In this document: positions 1 to 13,900 of the stretch, piece after piece
How the letters are laid out: the number at the start of each line of letters is the position of its first letter
How positions within the stretch are numbered: position 1 is the stretch's first letter
Source of the DNA: Hormiphora californensis
Lineage: Eukaryota; Animalia; Ctenophora
Direction: 5' to 3'
Assembly (NCBI GenBank): GCA_020137815.1
Contig: CM035358.1
Coordinates: forward strand, 6,076,001 to 6,140,000
Length of the DNA stretch: 64,000 nt
Made by a program: the position numbers and the translations under genes
The notes under the pieces: model-generated
What the model saw: only the letters and a program-made list of their open reading frames with translations
Databases searched by the model: none
What the model was told of the DNA's origin: nothing

Positions 1-49
1 GCCAGCGTTAAAATCTGGGTGTTTTGGGAGTGCTGACAAACGGTTTTTT

Positions 50-104
50 AGGGTTAGGGCTAAAGTAGGGTTAGGGTTAGGGTTGGGGTTAGGGTTGGGG
101 TTAG
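50..104 (+). repeat. Short interstitial telomere-like (TTAGGG/TTGGGG)n tract
   Basis: About 8 degenerate TTAGGG units with unique sequence on both sides; probably part of a repeat element cut by the window edge. Confidence 0.7.
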
Positions 105-959
105 GCCTTGACATTCCCTACCAGATAAACTTTGAATCAGCCAAAACGGTTGAGTGGTTTGGCGGTTAGAGCCATTTTAGTGAATCAACTTTTTTGGCAG
201 CGCACACCTGTAAACAGGCCTCCAAACACCCAGATCGTAACGGCGCCCAAAATTGAGCCACTTCCGTTTTTTTGGAACTCTGGGATTCTGCTTGAAAAGC
301 GCTGCCTTATCGGGCCCCAGAAGCCTCACAGTAGACTCACCACAGTAGGAGACACGCCGATATCATGATACTATGAGACATCTACTATGGGTGCTGTCGT
401 CTCACGCTCTGATGAGCCTCCTGTGTATCTCTTGGAGGCTCCTAGAGGCCTCTGAACTTTTTACAGATCGCCACTTGTGCTAAACAATGTGCTTGGGTTA
501 AAAAGTTTACCTAGATAACGGCCATTATCTGACAAAAATGCACTGTAACACAAACCAGTGACTTTGCCACTTTCTTGGTTATGGCCCAAGAGTGTGCAGA
601 GTGCAGGATTCCTATTACTTTTAGACTGACCACTGACTAGTGGGTTATCCTTTGACTATCAGAACAAGAGTGTGCACTTAAGAAGATTACAATTCACAAT
701 ATCAAGAGATTAAAATTGTAGTGAAATTTACCCAGTCTCGCTGTTCTTGCATGACGAGGGTGAGCTGACTCACAAATTCACTTACCAATATGTAATCTAT
801 TCAATAGCCAGGAGCAAGTCAGTGTTGGCTGTGTTTGAAGCGTGTGTTGGGAGAGAGAGAGCAAGTGGATACAACCAGGCCGATACAGGCTCAACCCGGG
901 GATGCCTCCCTAGATGTCCAGGATACATCTCCTTTTTATTGGTATGTACCTCCTATCTC

Positions 960-1130
960 GATCTATATCTATCTCCCTGACTCTCTCTCTCTCTCTCACT
1001 CTATCTATCTCTATCTATCTCTATCTATCTCTATCTATCTCTATCTATCTCTATCTATCTATCTCACTCTCTATCTATCTATCTCTCTCACTCTCTCTCT
1101 CTTTCTATCTATGTCTCTCCATCTCACTCT
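960..1130. repeat. (CTAT)/(CT) compound microsatellite
   Basis: Read directly; explains the low-complexity ORFs 835-1380 and 914-1186. Confidence 0.9.
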
Positions 1131-1583
1131 TCGATCTTTCTCTAGTTCAGTGTCTCTCCAGCCTCGACAATTTTATCAATCTATGACGTTATATCTAATA
1201 AAAGCTTTCCGTAATGTTCATTTTCGGTTCAATAGTATCTCATTTAAAGGTTTCTGTTTCACATTTTCTCACTTCGTATTGTACCTCTCTCAGTATCGTA
1301 CCTTGTCGGCTTGCTTTGCGCTTATTTGCCAACTGAAATGTTCATTACATATAGTATTGAATACTGCATCATCACAGTAACACGCTACATTTCTCATCCA
1401 TCTGTCATCCAGTTCAACTGTATATGATCCAGCAGTAGTCTTGCTAGATAAAATATCAGACCTAATCATACCTAATCACTTCTAATCACAGCATTGATAC
1501 TGAGTAACACTAAGCAGTTTATAGAGTTTTAGTTCGGAGACTGGAGAGGTGGGCGGGCCTACGGACTTCGTGTAAAGATAGTT

Positions 1584-1699
<116 letters not shown>

Positions 1700-2212
1700 T
1701 GGTTGTGTGTAACATGGTGTCCCATGCGGTCTTGCCCAACACAATAGAATGCAGTGTACAACTGAGTTTACTTCTCCCAACTCTTAGAATAGAAAATTTC
1801 GCACATGCAACGGAACACGGGCTAAAATTAGAATTAATTTAATTAATTGAATTAATTAAAATGATCTTCTCATAATTCAGTGTCGTGGTTTTAATATACA
1901 AATGTATGCGACTACGGCTACTTCATGATTCGCGTGTGTGTTGAAGCAACAAAAGATTTAAACTGGCCCTTTGTCTACACACAAATGTAAATCTTTTGTC
2001 TTATATTGGTGCACAAACAGTCGAGAAATGATCTTTCTATCTCGCTCTCTCTCCCTAGTCCCTCTCTCTCTCTCTCGCCCCCTCTCTTTCTTAATCTCCA
2101 TCTCTCTCTTCTCTTCTCTGTCTTAGGAGCACAGAAAAATGTATGAATTTTAACGTGGTCCCTGAATTTCTCGGTCTTGAGTGTAAGAACTCACCACTAC
2201 TTCATTCAGTAG

Positions 2213-2321
2213 CAGGAACCGACCGAATCAGGAAATACTGGTGCCTGATTGGCTGATAACCAGTCACGTGACCTAAATAATGAGTTCTGATTGGTTGTTT
2301 AGTTGTGTCGGTCGGTTCCTG
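2213..2321 (+). mobile_element. 109-bp hAT-type MITE, copy 1
   Basis: TIR CAGGAACCGACCGA...TCGGTCGGTTCCTG with 8-bp TSD TTCAGTAG. An 8-bp TSD with CA..TG ends is typical of hAT. Confidence 0.9.
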
Positions 2322-2747
2322 TTCAGTAGGATGCTGGATGAGGGAAGGGAATACCATAGAAGTCCGTGCCGCGAATTGGCACGCGAGTATTTGAAATATG
2401 ATAGTCGATTAATCTTCGCTGAGAGTGAGAGAGAAAGGGAGAGAAAGAGAGAGAGAGATAGAGAGTCACTACACGCTTGTCCTACGTCATAGAAATCATG
2501 ATGCCCAGTTTAAACACTCGAAAAATATTCGATCTTAAATTCCTTAAACATCGCGTTTTAATAGGTATGAGACGGAGTTCTTTTTTAATGGCTAAATATG
2601 CTGAGTGAATGAAGAAACCCAAAAGCCAAAACTCTTTTGAGTTTTAAGACCTGATAAAACTTTATTCTCTCATCTCGTCGACCCTCGGTTCATTACTCTA
2701 ATCTATTACACACGGGGGGGGGGTGCCAGTGACGCGAGTCAGACTGA

Positions 2748-2836
2748 CCAATCAGAACGCTCTAATCTAGTCACGTGATATGTAATTGGCCAATAGGAGA
2801 CAAGAGATGCCATCACGTGACATGTAATTGGCCAAT
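2748..2836 (+). promoter_or_regulatory. Array of CCAAT boxes and E-boxes with fixed spacing
   Basis: CCAAT(2748)-19-CACGTG(2772)-12-CCAAT(2790)-19-CACGTG(2814)-12-CCAAT(2832). Confidence 0.45.
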
Positions 2837-3349
2837 GAGCAGCGGGTCCACCTGGACTCGTAATTGTACCGCCTAAACGAGCACACACACACAAACATAC
2901 AAAGGGAGCGGGCTGTTAGGGTGAGATAACGAGGGTGAATATATTCATGATTATTATCATAACACCGGTACCCTCTCTGTATTATAAATAGAGATATAGA
3001 GTTCCCTTCCATGTCTTTGTATTGGTCATATTACATATATGAACCCTTAACCTTGATAGGAGAATATTGTGGATACATGAGTACCATTAGGGTGTAGGGT
3101 GAGAAAAGAGCAAGAAATGACTAAGAGAGAAGGGCGGTATATTGGTCCCTGATTGTCTGAAAACCAGTCACGTGACCTAAATAACGAGTTCTGATTGGTT
3201 GTTGGTATATTGAAGTCACTGAGCGGTCATCCCCCCCCCCATCACATCATGTAGTAGACACGCACCTGTTACTTCTTCGCTGCCGTCCTGGCACAGTGAC
3301 ACAGCTGTAACGGAGTTCTTGTGTAATTAGGTCACATGGCAATGAGTGG

Positions 3350-3389
<40 letters not shown>

Positions 3390-4478
3390 AAGAGAGAAAA
3401 GAGTGTATAGAATGATCGACGAGTAAAACATGAGGTCGAATTGACGTGACAACTGAATTCTTCTCCTCTAGATTGTAAACAATAACTATTATATTACCGG
3501 AGTGGGTCAAAGTAGATTCAAGATTTCAATATTCAAGATTTTGATATCCAAAGGGTATGAGGCTTGGCAAAGCAACAACATTTTTCTCTACCTGATCCTA
3601 TTTAGGCCACTTCAATCTCTGCATATTTTCTCTGTTTTCAACTGTTTCTAATTGATTTTTTCCTTCCACTACTGGAAACAGGTGCCAGATGTAGCCCAGA
3701 GTTGCCTTGTTCGACCCTCTTCCTTTACAAATGTAAAGGAGACTGGGGGTTAGAACATAACAAGCCCGGAGTGCAACCAATGTTTCTGCCTGGATGAGTT
3801 ACGATGTAGGAAAATAGAGACACCGGAAGAGTTAGTGTAGTTGAAGGTCGAATGAGGGCAGTCGGTTACATAGGTTACATGTTTGCACCTGTTTAGGGCA
3901 GCCAACAGTTGAATTCTCTGTCCAGCTCCTTCTCACCAGCTGAACATGACTTTTGTTATCAGAAATTATACATGAATATTATAGGGAGAGAAGGCGGGAT
4001 CTGGTATAATAACAGAGAAGGTTGACCACTAACCCGCGTTAATGACATGGATTTATGACACAATTAGTGAATTTAATTATTACTGCGTAACGAGGCTTAT
4101 TACTGTCTACAGTACCTGGCATAACTCGGTCATTTAATAAAGTTAGCCCGATATATTCATTGCATTAGATTCTCATATCCACGTAATATCTATAGAAATC
4201 GTTATCTTAGTATTCAACGTGGTTCCAGAGCTGCTATGGTCTAACAATACTTGCGGTGAAAGGGGTTCGAGCAAGGCATGTTTCCAGAGATAATGCAATG
4301 CTATGTACGCAGTATTCTGTACAATAGTTAGTCATTGCTCCCCCTTTTCAAAGCAGCGTCGGGGGCTACTACAGCATCCCCCAATTGTCCCGAATATATG
4401 CACAAACCTAACTCACTAACTCATTTCCCCAATTTCCTCATGACCATGGGGGCTGCTGCATACAACCCTCATTGTCCA

Positions 4479-4551
4479 CCAATCAAATAGCTCCCTTTTA
4501 ATCACGTGGCATGTCCTTAGCCAATCAGAGTAGCGTATTCTGATCACGTGA
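4479..4551 (+). promoter_or_regulatory. CCAAT/E-box module upstream of the membrane-protein gene
   Basis: CCAAT-19-CACGTG-12-CCAAT-19-CACGTG, the same spacing as at 2748 with different spacer sequence. Confidence 0.45.
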
Positions 4552-4696
4552 CATATATCCACGTGGTACGGATATTTGGGTTCGAGTTGTCCTGCTGCAG
4601 CACAAAGCAAATCATTTCCCCAGCACCTGCTGTTGTTGGCCATGCTCCATCGCTCTCTTGGTGATGATTTATGAACCATCTTGTGAGAGCGAGATC

Positions 4697-4777
<81 letters not shown>

Positions 4778-5064
4778 TCTGGTTGAGACGTTTTCAGGCG
4801 GGTCTTGTTCCCTAGAATTTTTTGTATTTTACAGATCACCTAACTACTTGGCGAGCTAAATCATCATCTCCCACTTTTACTATTCTTGTAGACAGTCTAG
4901 AATGAACTATTTTGAGTTTTACCAGTCTAGAATGAACTATTTTGGGTTTTACCATTCTTGCCTAGAATATTTGTAATGTCCTCCCACTTCCTCTTGCAAT
5001 TCCCCCGTAGTTCCTCCCTCGGCAATGATTCCCCTAAACTAACCTGATGTTCTTTCATTTTCAG

Positions 5065-5649
5065 TTGTTTATGGCGGGGTTGAGCTGTGTGCCGGAGTGG
5101 TGAAAAACTCCCATCACCATAACAACACCCACCCTAGCAACCCCAGCGGAGTGCCTGACAACGGCACATCACATCATAACCAGGTATGTCGACTATTGTT
5201 GTGACTTAGTATCTAAATGTACTGGCCCAAAAGTGGTAACCACTTGTATTGTCCATTGGCCAGTGTTTACGGGTTGACAAGTGGCACGGAGTGGAACAAA
5301 CTTTGTCAATATAGAACCTATGGAGTACGTCCCAAGGTACAGTTTAGCAAATGGCTGCATATACTTGAACTAATACTGACCTAATATGTAATTTTATTTT
5401 GATTCTTTCCCATGATCGTTTTGGCAAATCTCTTTTGCTTGATAGATGTTCATTCGAGGAGCTTTTAGAGAAGGAGATAATAATAAGAACTTAAGATGAT
5501 CGTAGAGAGGAGAAGAGATTTGTGCAGAGATATTAGGAGTAAGCTAGAGAGCTCTGCTATCTCCTCTCCTCGTCTGATCTCTGCTAGCTCTCTCCATCTA
5601 CTCTCTCTCGAGCTCGCTCTCGCTCGCCCGTAGATCTGCTCTCTCTCTC

Positions 5650-5719
<70 letters not shown>

Positions 5720-5720
5720 C

Positions 5721-5752
<32 letters not shown>

Positions 5753-8700
5753 GTAGCTCGTGCTCTCTCGTCTCTCTTCTAGTCTCCGCTCGCTAGGCAT
5801 CCTACGTATCTGTCGCTATTACATAGCTGCGTAGTAAAGGAAAGAGAGATAGAGATGATAGAAAATCTAAATGAATGGCAGTAGAGATCGACACCCTCAT
5901 TATTACATTCGTTATAGAAGACACGTCCTAATTGGTTAACGAACTTTCTTGTGATCTTTTTCTATTTTAAATTATACCGTTCTAACTTTTTTTACTATTC
6001 TCGGATTCACTTCCCCCCCCCCCCCCCTAATCGTTCTGCATCTTTCTTGTGGCTCACCGTGCATAATCACCACGTAATTTGTCCTCCAATTTGTAGTATC
6101 CCCAGTGGAGGGAGAGAAGAAGAGTCCCCCACTCTTTAACTATCTCCCTGTCTCTCACCCTCTCCCTGCTTCTCCCTGTCTCTGATCTCTCTTGTTACTA
6201 CAACTACGCATTGTACCCATCCTTTATTCTTGTACTCTTGTACTTGATCTTGGGTGCAAGTGAATTATTCTAATTTCTTTGGTTCCCTGATATACATTAG
6301 GTATACATGTACATTATACATGTACATTATACATGTACATTATAACATGTTCCCTGATACACATTATACAATATACATTATACATGTACATGATATACAT
6401 TATACATGTACATGATAACATAAAAACATTTCTCACTGAGATGGTAACACAAACATGCATTAGATAACTTCTGATTTTCTACTGACCACCATATCAATAC
6501 ACCTCCCCCTCCACAGTGGGTAACGATGGTCGTTTAGGGAAAAAAATCGATTTCGCTGCAAATTTGCTACCCAATAGAGAATTATTAGGTCTAGCCAGTA
6601 CAAAAAACCGCATCAAAAAATATTAAGATATGCCTATGTTATGAATAAAACAATATGCGCAAACTTAAATTCTGGCAATCAAATCAATTTTGGCAGTCAA
6701 ATTTATCAATTTTCAGATTATTTTTCTTACATTATATGTTTGTTATCTCTGAAAAACTAGATGTTTACCATACTCATCATAATTTTGTCTTTTCAATGCT
6801 TTTTAGTATGTGGTAATTGGATTTTCCGTTCAAGGGCGGTGAACATTTCTGTGTGCATAGTAAAATTACCCTATCTTTACGAAAATAAGAGTAAAAATAG
6901 TAAAAATAGTTAGTTTGGGCGTCATTAGGCGGAAAATTCAATGGTTACACGTGTAAATATAGACCCTTCCGAGTATCCTACAACAAAAATTATTTACCGC
7001 TATTCACCGCTACACTGCATTATTAATAAAACAAATGTTTCAGTTTTAATAAAAACTGGATGCACAACAGCTAGAAATACAATTAATTTAGGGGATTTTG
7101 TACTTTCTAAGGATCACTAGACAGTTTTATGGTTTAAATGTCTATTTAAGATCAAACATTTATACTAAAGTTTCCCGAGTTTCCTTTTTGAAATAAAAAG
7201 ACAATTTTTGGAATTTTCTATTAAAACACAAGGATTGTTTCTATTCCAGATATTCTAAACAGGTCAATTTCACAGTGCATTTTCCCTTATTTACTAAACG
7301 ACCATCAAGCGGCATATTTACCCACTGTGCCCTCTTCCTAATCATCCTCCCCCTCTTCCTAATCATCCTCCCCCTCTTCCTAATCATCCTCCCTCCTTTC
7401 CTAATCATCCTCCCTCCTTCCCTAGACTGGTAACAATATGACGGGGATCGTTAGTTCAGTGGTTGGAAGTCCTGACAGTGATGGCAATGATCCACATCGG
7501 TCCCTCTTCACCCTTGGTAAGTCGAGTCATGGAGTTCTATAGTCATTGAATCATTCATTAACTAAGTCTTTTTAAAGAGACTTTTAATTACTTGAATAAG
7601 TAAAGTAGTCTTGAGTTTAAAGTATGTTTTGTTGAACAAACAGTTGTAGATGACGGATGGAAAGTTACAAATGCATATAACTTGTGACCGCTCTTGTGGT
7701 ATATGTAATAGCCGCTTATGTCGGTTTTACATTGCTCTCTACTACATGTCTAAGGTCATTTTGTCTGGTGTGACCAGACACGGGTCCAGCTCCCTCCTCA
7801 CAGGCTCTATAATCTCCCATTCTCTCTCCAGAGCTACATACATAGTTTGTCATTCTCTCTCCCTGATTCTACTCACAATAACCCATTCTCTCCAGCTCTA
7901 CTATCTCCCACCCCCTTATTATCGGAGCCAGGAAGAAGGCCATTGTCACAATCGGGGAGGCCGGAGGGAGATCCTGTGGTTTTCTATCCTTCTATCCTTC
8001 TATCTTTCTCTCTCTCGCTCTCTCTCTCTCTAACTTTTCACTGGTTAGCATTCTTTTTACTGTACCCTATCTTTAACACCATTCGTCTCACTGTGAGGGG
8101 AGATAGAGATCGCTCTAAAGAGGGACCTATCTGCTTGCTTCCTTCCTCTGCATCTCATTTAAAGCTGTGTTTACCTTCACAACCCTCTGCTCTCCGTGTT
8201 ATACTCACTTTATCTCCTGATCCTTGACAACACAGCTCCTAATACTCTGCCCTCCCAAACCTGACCCTCACTTGTTGTGTTTGCTGTCATGCCTCCCGGG
8301 GGTGTATCTGTTGATGTCGGTACAGAAGGTGAGTAGTGTGTGGGGGTGTATCTGTTGATGTCGGTACAGAAGGTGGGTAGTGTGTGGGGGTGATAAAGTA
8401 TCTGTTGATGTCGGTACAGAAGGTGGGTAGTGTGTGTGGGGGTGTATCTGTTGATGTCGGTACAGAAGGTGGGTAGTGTGTGGGGGTGGTAAAGTATCTG
8501 TTGATGTCGGTACAGAAGGTGAGTAGTGTGTGGGGGGGTGGTAAAGTATCTGTTGATGTCGGTACAGAAGGTGGGTAGTGTGTGTGGGGGTGTATCTGTT
8601 GATGTCGGTACAGAAGGTGGGTAGTGTGTGGGGGTGGTAAAGTATCTGTTGATGTCGGTACAGAAGGTGAGTAGTGTGTGGGGGGGGTGGTAAAGTATCT

Positions 8701-10887
8701 GTTGATGTCGGTACAGAAGGTGAGTAGTGTGTGGGGGTGGTAAAGTATCTGTTGATGTCGGTACAGAAGGTGAGTAGTGTGTGGGGGGGTGGTAAAGTAT
8801 CTGTTGATGTCGGTACAGAAGGTGAGTAGTGTGTGTGGGGGTAGTAAAGTATCTGTTGATGTCGGTACAGAAGGTGAGTAGTGTGTGTGGGGGTGGTAAA
8901 GTATCTGTTGATGTCGGTACAGAAGGTGAGTAGTGTGTGTGGGGGTGGTAAAGTATCTGTTGATGTCGGTACAGAAGGTGAGTAGTGTGTGTGGGGGTGG
9001 TAAAGTATCTGTTGATGTCGGTACAGAAGGTGAGTAGTGTGTGTGGGGGTGGTAAAGTATCTGTTGATGTCGGTACAGAAGGTGAAGTAGTGTGTGTGGG
9101 GGTGGTAAAGTATCTGTTGATGTCGGTACAGAAGGTGAGTAGTGTGTGTGGGGGTGGTAAAGTATCTGTTGATGTCGGTACAGAAGGTGAGTAGTGTGTG
9201 TGGGGGTGGTAAAGTATCTGTTGATGTCGGTACAGAAGGTGAGTAGTGTGTGTGGGGGTGGTAAAGTATCTGTTGATGTCGGTACAGAAGGTGAATAGTG
9301 TGTGTGGGGGTGGTAAAGTATCTGTTGATGTCGGTACAGAAGGTGAGTAGTGTGTGTGGGGGTGGTAAAGTATCTGTTGATGTCGGTACAGAAGGTGAGT
9401 AGTGTGTGTGGGGGTGGTAAAGTATCTGTTGATGTCGGTACAGAAGGTGAGTAGTGTGTGTGGGGGTGGTAAAGTATCTGTTGATGTCGGTACAGAAGGT
9501 GAATAGTGTGTGTGGGGGTGGTAAAGTATCTGTTGATGTCGGTACAGAAGGTGAATAGTGTGTGGGAGTCCTAGTTAGTGGTAGTGTGAGAGTTATAGTA
9601 CCTCAATACCTCAATACCTCAATGTTCCCTGCTTGTTGTACGCCCACTTCACCAGTCCCAGTATTACCTTGTTGGTGCTAGGTTTCTTGTCAGTAGATCA
9701 AAAAAGATCAGGTTATGCAGTACTGTGCATATTTACTAAACAGACAGAGAAATGTTTACTATTTTACAGTTTTCTAACAGAAAACAAAGTAAAAATTATC
9801 AATTATACCCGGATTATCACACATCTCTCCTCAGGTGTTCTCATTGGTTTCTGCGTGTTTGCTGTCCTCGCCTTCTCCATGACAGTTGTCTGTTGGGTCA
9901 GGTATGTCGAATTTTATTATTGGGTTAATATATGAGTTAATGTGCTATGATATCCCCCCTCTCCCCCCTCCCGCGAGTTAAAAACAGGTGTTATTTAGAT
10001 CTTCCCCGGTCTATTTAATATTTAGCCCCGCCCTCTTAGCAGTGCTGTTATATACTCACTGGGAGACAGTTTGAACAATACGAGGTTATTAGCTTAGACG
10101 ACCCCTTAGTGCCCCATATATTGTACCCCATCCCCATAATAAACCTGAACAGACATTGATAGATGTGTGACAACAACAACTGACCCCCCCCCCCCCCCCC
10201 CCCCTGACGGACAACTACTGTATAGGGCGTCCTCTCTTTTCTTCTGTCATCATTCTTTGTTTAAACAGTTCACGTGGGGTACGGGTACACAATACAAATT
10301 ACACAACAAAGTCGTGTAGGTTGGTACACACACAATATCTTCTTTTGAGTAGTGGTTAAATGTAAACGAACATACAAATAAAATGAAACCCCCCACACAC
10401 GATCTAAATAAGTCACATCAGCAAATGATTTGTTTTCATTTCTAAGTACCTCGTAATTGAAATGGAACCCAACGAGTAATGAGAACGTGTCGTCCGTTTG
10501 AACAATTCCCATCCCGAGTCGTGTCTGGTCTGCGATGATGTGGTGACTCGGTGTAACGCGCGGGTGATGATTCAGTGAGAAAGTTGCGCGGTGTTCCTCT
10601 GTGATGCCGCGCGCACGTGCAAATGTGATCAAGAGCCGGAGCTCTGACAAGCGTCAAAGGAATGATGTTACTCCCTTTTTGTCCAAACTAAAGGCTGAAT
10701 CACTGTATGGTTAATATCAATCAGGTTCCTGAGAACAGTATTGAACGACTACAAAGTGTATGCCAGTAGAATAAGATGTTATGGGGGAGTGTGTGGGCCT
10801 ATAACCTCGACTCTGAGGGGGAAGGGAGGTAGCAGGTGTTTGGCTACACATCTCTGTAAATGGTCGGGCTAATAGCGTGGGGGAACT

Positions 10888-10945
<58 letters not shown>

Positions 10946-13900
10946 GAGAGAGGAGAGACGAGAGACGAGGGTGGGGAGAGAGAGAGGGGGGGGGGGGTTT
11001 GGTAAGAGACACACCGTGATGACACTAACAGCACATGCATGCATGTCTAACAACGGGTATTTGACATTGAGCTCGATCAAATCTACCTCAATATGGCGGA
11101 GCTTCTAATAGTACTCTTATACCAGTCGGGAGATCTTTCCAGCATCACCTGTGCATATGATTATCAGCCACCCCCCCCCCCCCCCTCTACTAAGAGCCCC
11201 TTCCTCTAATTCTCTATACAATTTGGTCACTGCAGTGGTCACGTGCTCCTCTTGTTATACATATCACGTGATATTTAATCACTCTGCAAGATGGGGGCGA
11301 GAAAGGGGCGAGATGTGTCGTTAGTGCAGTACCACATGATTTCCTCTTCCCCATCCCATTCTATATTGCAATTGGTTGCGAGGTCCCCTTCCCCTAGCTA
11401 TTGCTGCTGTGCCATTTCACGAGCTGTTTTACTGGGCTAAAAATAAAATCAGATTCTATATGCTTCTCGCTCCCTATTTTACATTTTGATTGGTTATTTA
11501 GATGTTGCCCTTCCCTTGGTCAAAACTTCTTCCCCTTTCCTATTTGAGTCCATGCCCCTGTGACGTACCCGCGTTACTCCGGTTTCCGTTTAACCCTTTT
11601 TCTTCCCCTCCCCCTGTTGGTAATGGCAAATTGAGTTCTCCTGATACCACTATACAGTAGCTGGAGCTTCTATTCCGTTCATAGTTCTTCGATCCGTCAG
11701 TCGTCACGCTGCATATCCTAATGTGTTGTTAAAGACACTCTGTTAATCACTCCATTACCATACCATTCACTATGATCTACTTATCGCTCTGTTAAGTATA
11801 CCAATTGCAGTAATATGTGTATTGAAGATAAAGGGGGGAAAAAGGGGGAAATTAAAAAGGGTCCCCCAGAACGTCAAAGGGAAAAAAAATGGGGGGGAAA
11901 AAAAAAACCCCAAAAGGGGGGGGGGAAAACCCAAAAGGGGAACCCCGGGGGGGCGCACAACCCGGGCCCCCCAAAAAGGGGAAAAACGGGAAAAAAAAAA
12001 AGGGGAGGGGGGGGGCCAAAAAAAGGGACGAAAAAGGGCAAAAAAGGAGAAAAATTTTTAAAAAAAAAAGGAAAAAGGGGGAAAGGGGGGAAAAAGGGGA
12101 AAAAGGGAGAAAAAAAAGAAAAAAGAGGGGGGAAATTAAGAATGGGGGGGGGAATAAATTTGGGGAAAGAAAAAATTTACCCCCCCCAAAAAAAACCCCC
12201 CCTTTTTCCCCTTTTCCCCGGGGGACTTTTAAAATTTTCAAAAAAATTTTTTTGTTTTTGGGGTTATGCCGGGGGAAAAAGGGGGGGGGCGGGTTTGGGG
12301 AAAAATTTTATATTTTCCCCCCTCCTTTTGCGGCTTTTTCCCAAATCGGGAAACCCCCCTTTTTCAAATGCATACTAAAATCCTCAGAGAGACAGACTCT
12401 AAAACCCCGGTTACTTTCCCTCAGTCACCCACTAACCCCTGCTATCTTCCCTCAGTCACCCACTAACCCCTGCTATCTTCCCTCAGTCACCCACTAACCC
12501 CTGCTATCTTCCCTCAGTCACCCACTAACCCCTGCTATCTTCCCTCAGTCACCCACTAACCCCTGCTATCTTCCCTCAGTCACCCACTAACCCCTGCTAT
12601 CTTCCCTCAGTCACCCACTAACCTCTGGCCCTGCTATCTTCCCTCAGCCACCCACTAACCTCTGCTATCTTCCCTCAGTCACCCACTAACCCCTGCTATC
12701 TTCCCTCAGTCACCCACTAACCCCTGCTATCTTCCCTCAGTCACCCACTAACCCCCGCTATCTTCCCTCAGTCACCCACTAACCCCTGCTATCTTCCCTC
12801 AGTCACCCACTAACCCCAACTACCCTCAGAGTGTTCTCACAACCCAAGAAACCGAAGGATCAACAGGGATTTAAAACCAAAGACACGGAAAGATTGGACT
12901 CTCAGAACATGAGGGATGTCCAACTGACAGAGTACGAAAAACGGAAACGACAAATGAAGGAACTTGATAGGTACATGATAGAGATTTTTAGTTGAACTTG
13001 AGATTCTTACATTTTACACCTAAAATTACACATGTGTAATTGGGAGATAATTATAATTATCTCCCAATTATAACACAGGCCACCATCTCATCCAGCTGTA
13101 CTGAGCCCACCTCACTCCACCAACATCAACCCCACATGCCCCTCATTCCCCCTCCCAGTACTAACCCCCCCCCCCAATACTAACTCCTTGTCCTATTTCA
13201 GTCAGGACAGCCCCGCCCGACAACAAGACATGCCCCCTCCCTCAGTACTAACTCCCTATACCCCTCTCCCCTCCTCTAACACTAACCCCACATCCCCTCC
13301 TCAGTCAGGACAGCCCCGCCCGACAACAAGACATGCCCCCTCCCTCAGTGCTAACTCCCTATACCCCTCTCCCCTCCTCTAACACTAACCCCACATCCCC
13401 TCCTCAGTCAGGACAGCCCAGCCCGACAACAAGACATGCCCCCTCCCTCAGTACTAACCCCCTATACCCCTCTCCCCTCCTCTAACACTAACCCCACATC
13501 CCCTCCTCAGTCAGGACAGCCCCGCCCGACAACAAGACATGCCCCCTCCCTCATTCCCCCCCCCCCCCAATACTAACTCCCCCTCCCTCCCAGTCAGGAC
13601 AGCCCCGCCCGACAACAAGACATGCCCCCTCCCCCCCAATACTAACACCCCCTCCCTTCCCTCCCAGCCAGGACAGCCCAGCCCGACAACAAGACATGCC
13701 CCCTCCCTCAGTACTAACCCCCTATACCCCTCTCCCCTCCTCTAACCCCACATCCCCTCCTCAGTCAGGACAGCCCCGCCCGACAACAAGACATGCCCGA
13801 AAGTGAGGATGAGGACGAGAACGATGAAATAACTGCCGTCCAATCACAGCCACCCACCGACGAGGAGACAATTGTGAACCCGAACTTTATTCACCATTAT

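Noticed and set aside
50-104. True chromosome end
   Set aside because: The tract is short and degenerate and has non-telomeric sequence on both sides.
10560-10656. Intronic C/D-box snoRNA candidate (GTGATGA ... CTGA)
   Set aside because: No convincing terminal stem or guide of 10 nt or more that I can verify; it needs snoscan/Infernal.
11815-12497. Lys/Gly-rich ORFs of 130-200 aa
   Set aside because: They arise from homopolymer-run sequence typical of poor base-calling; no domain features.
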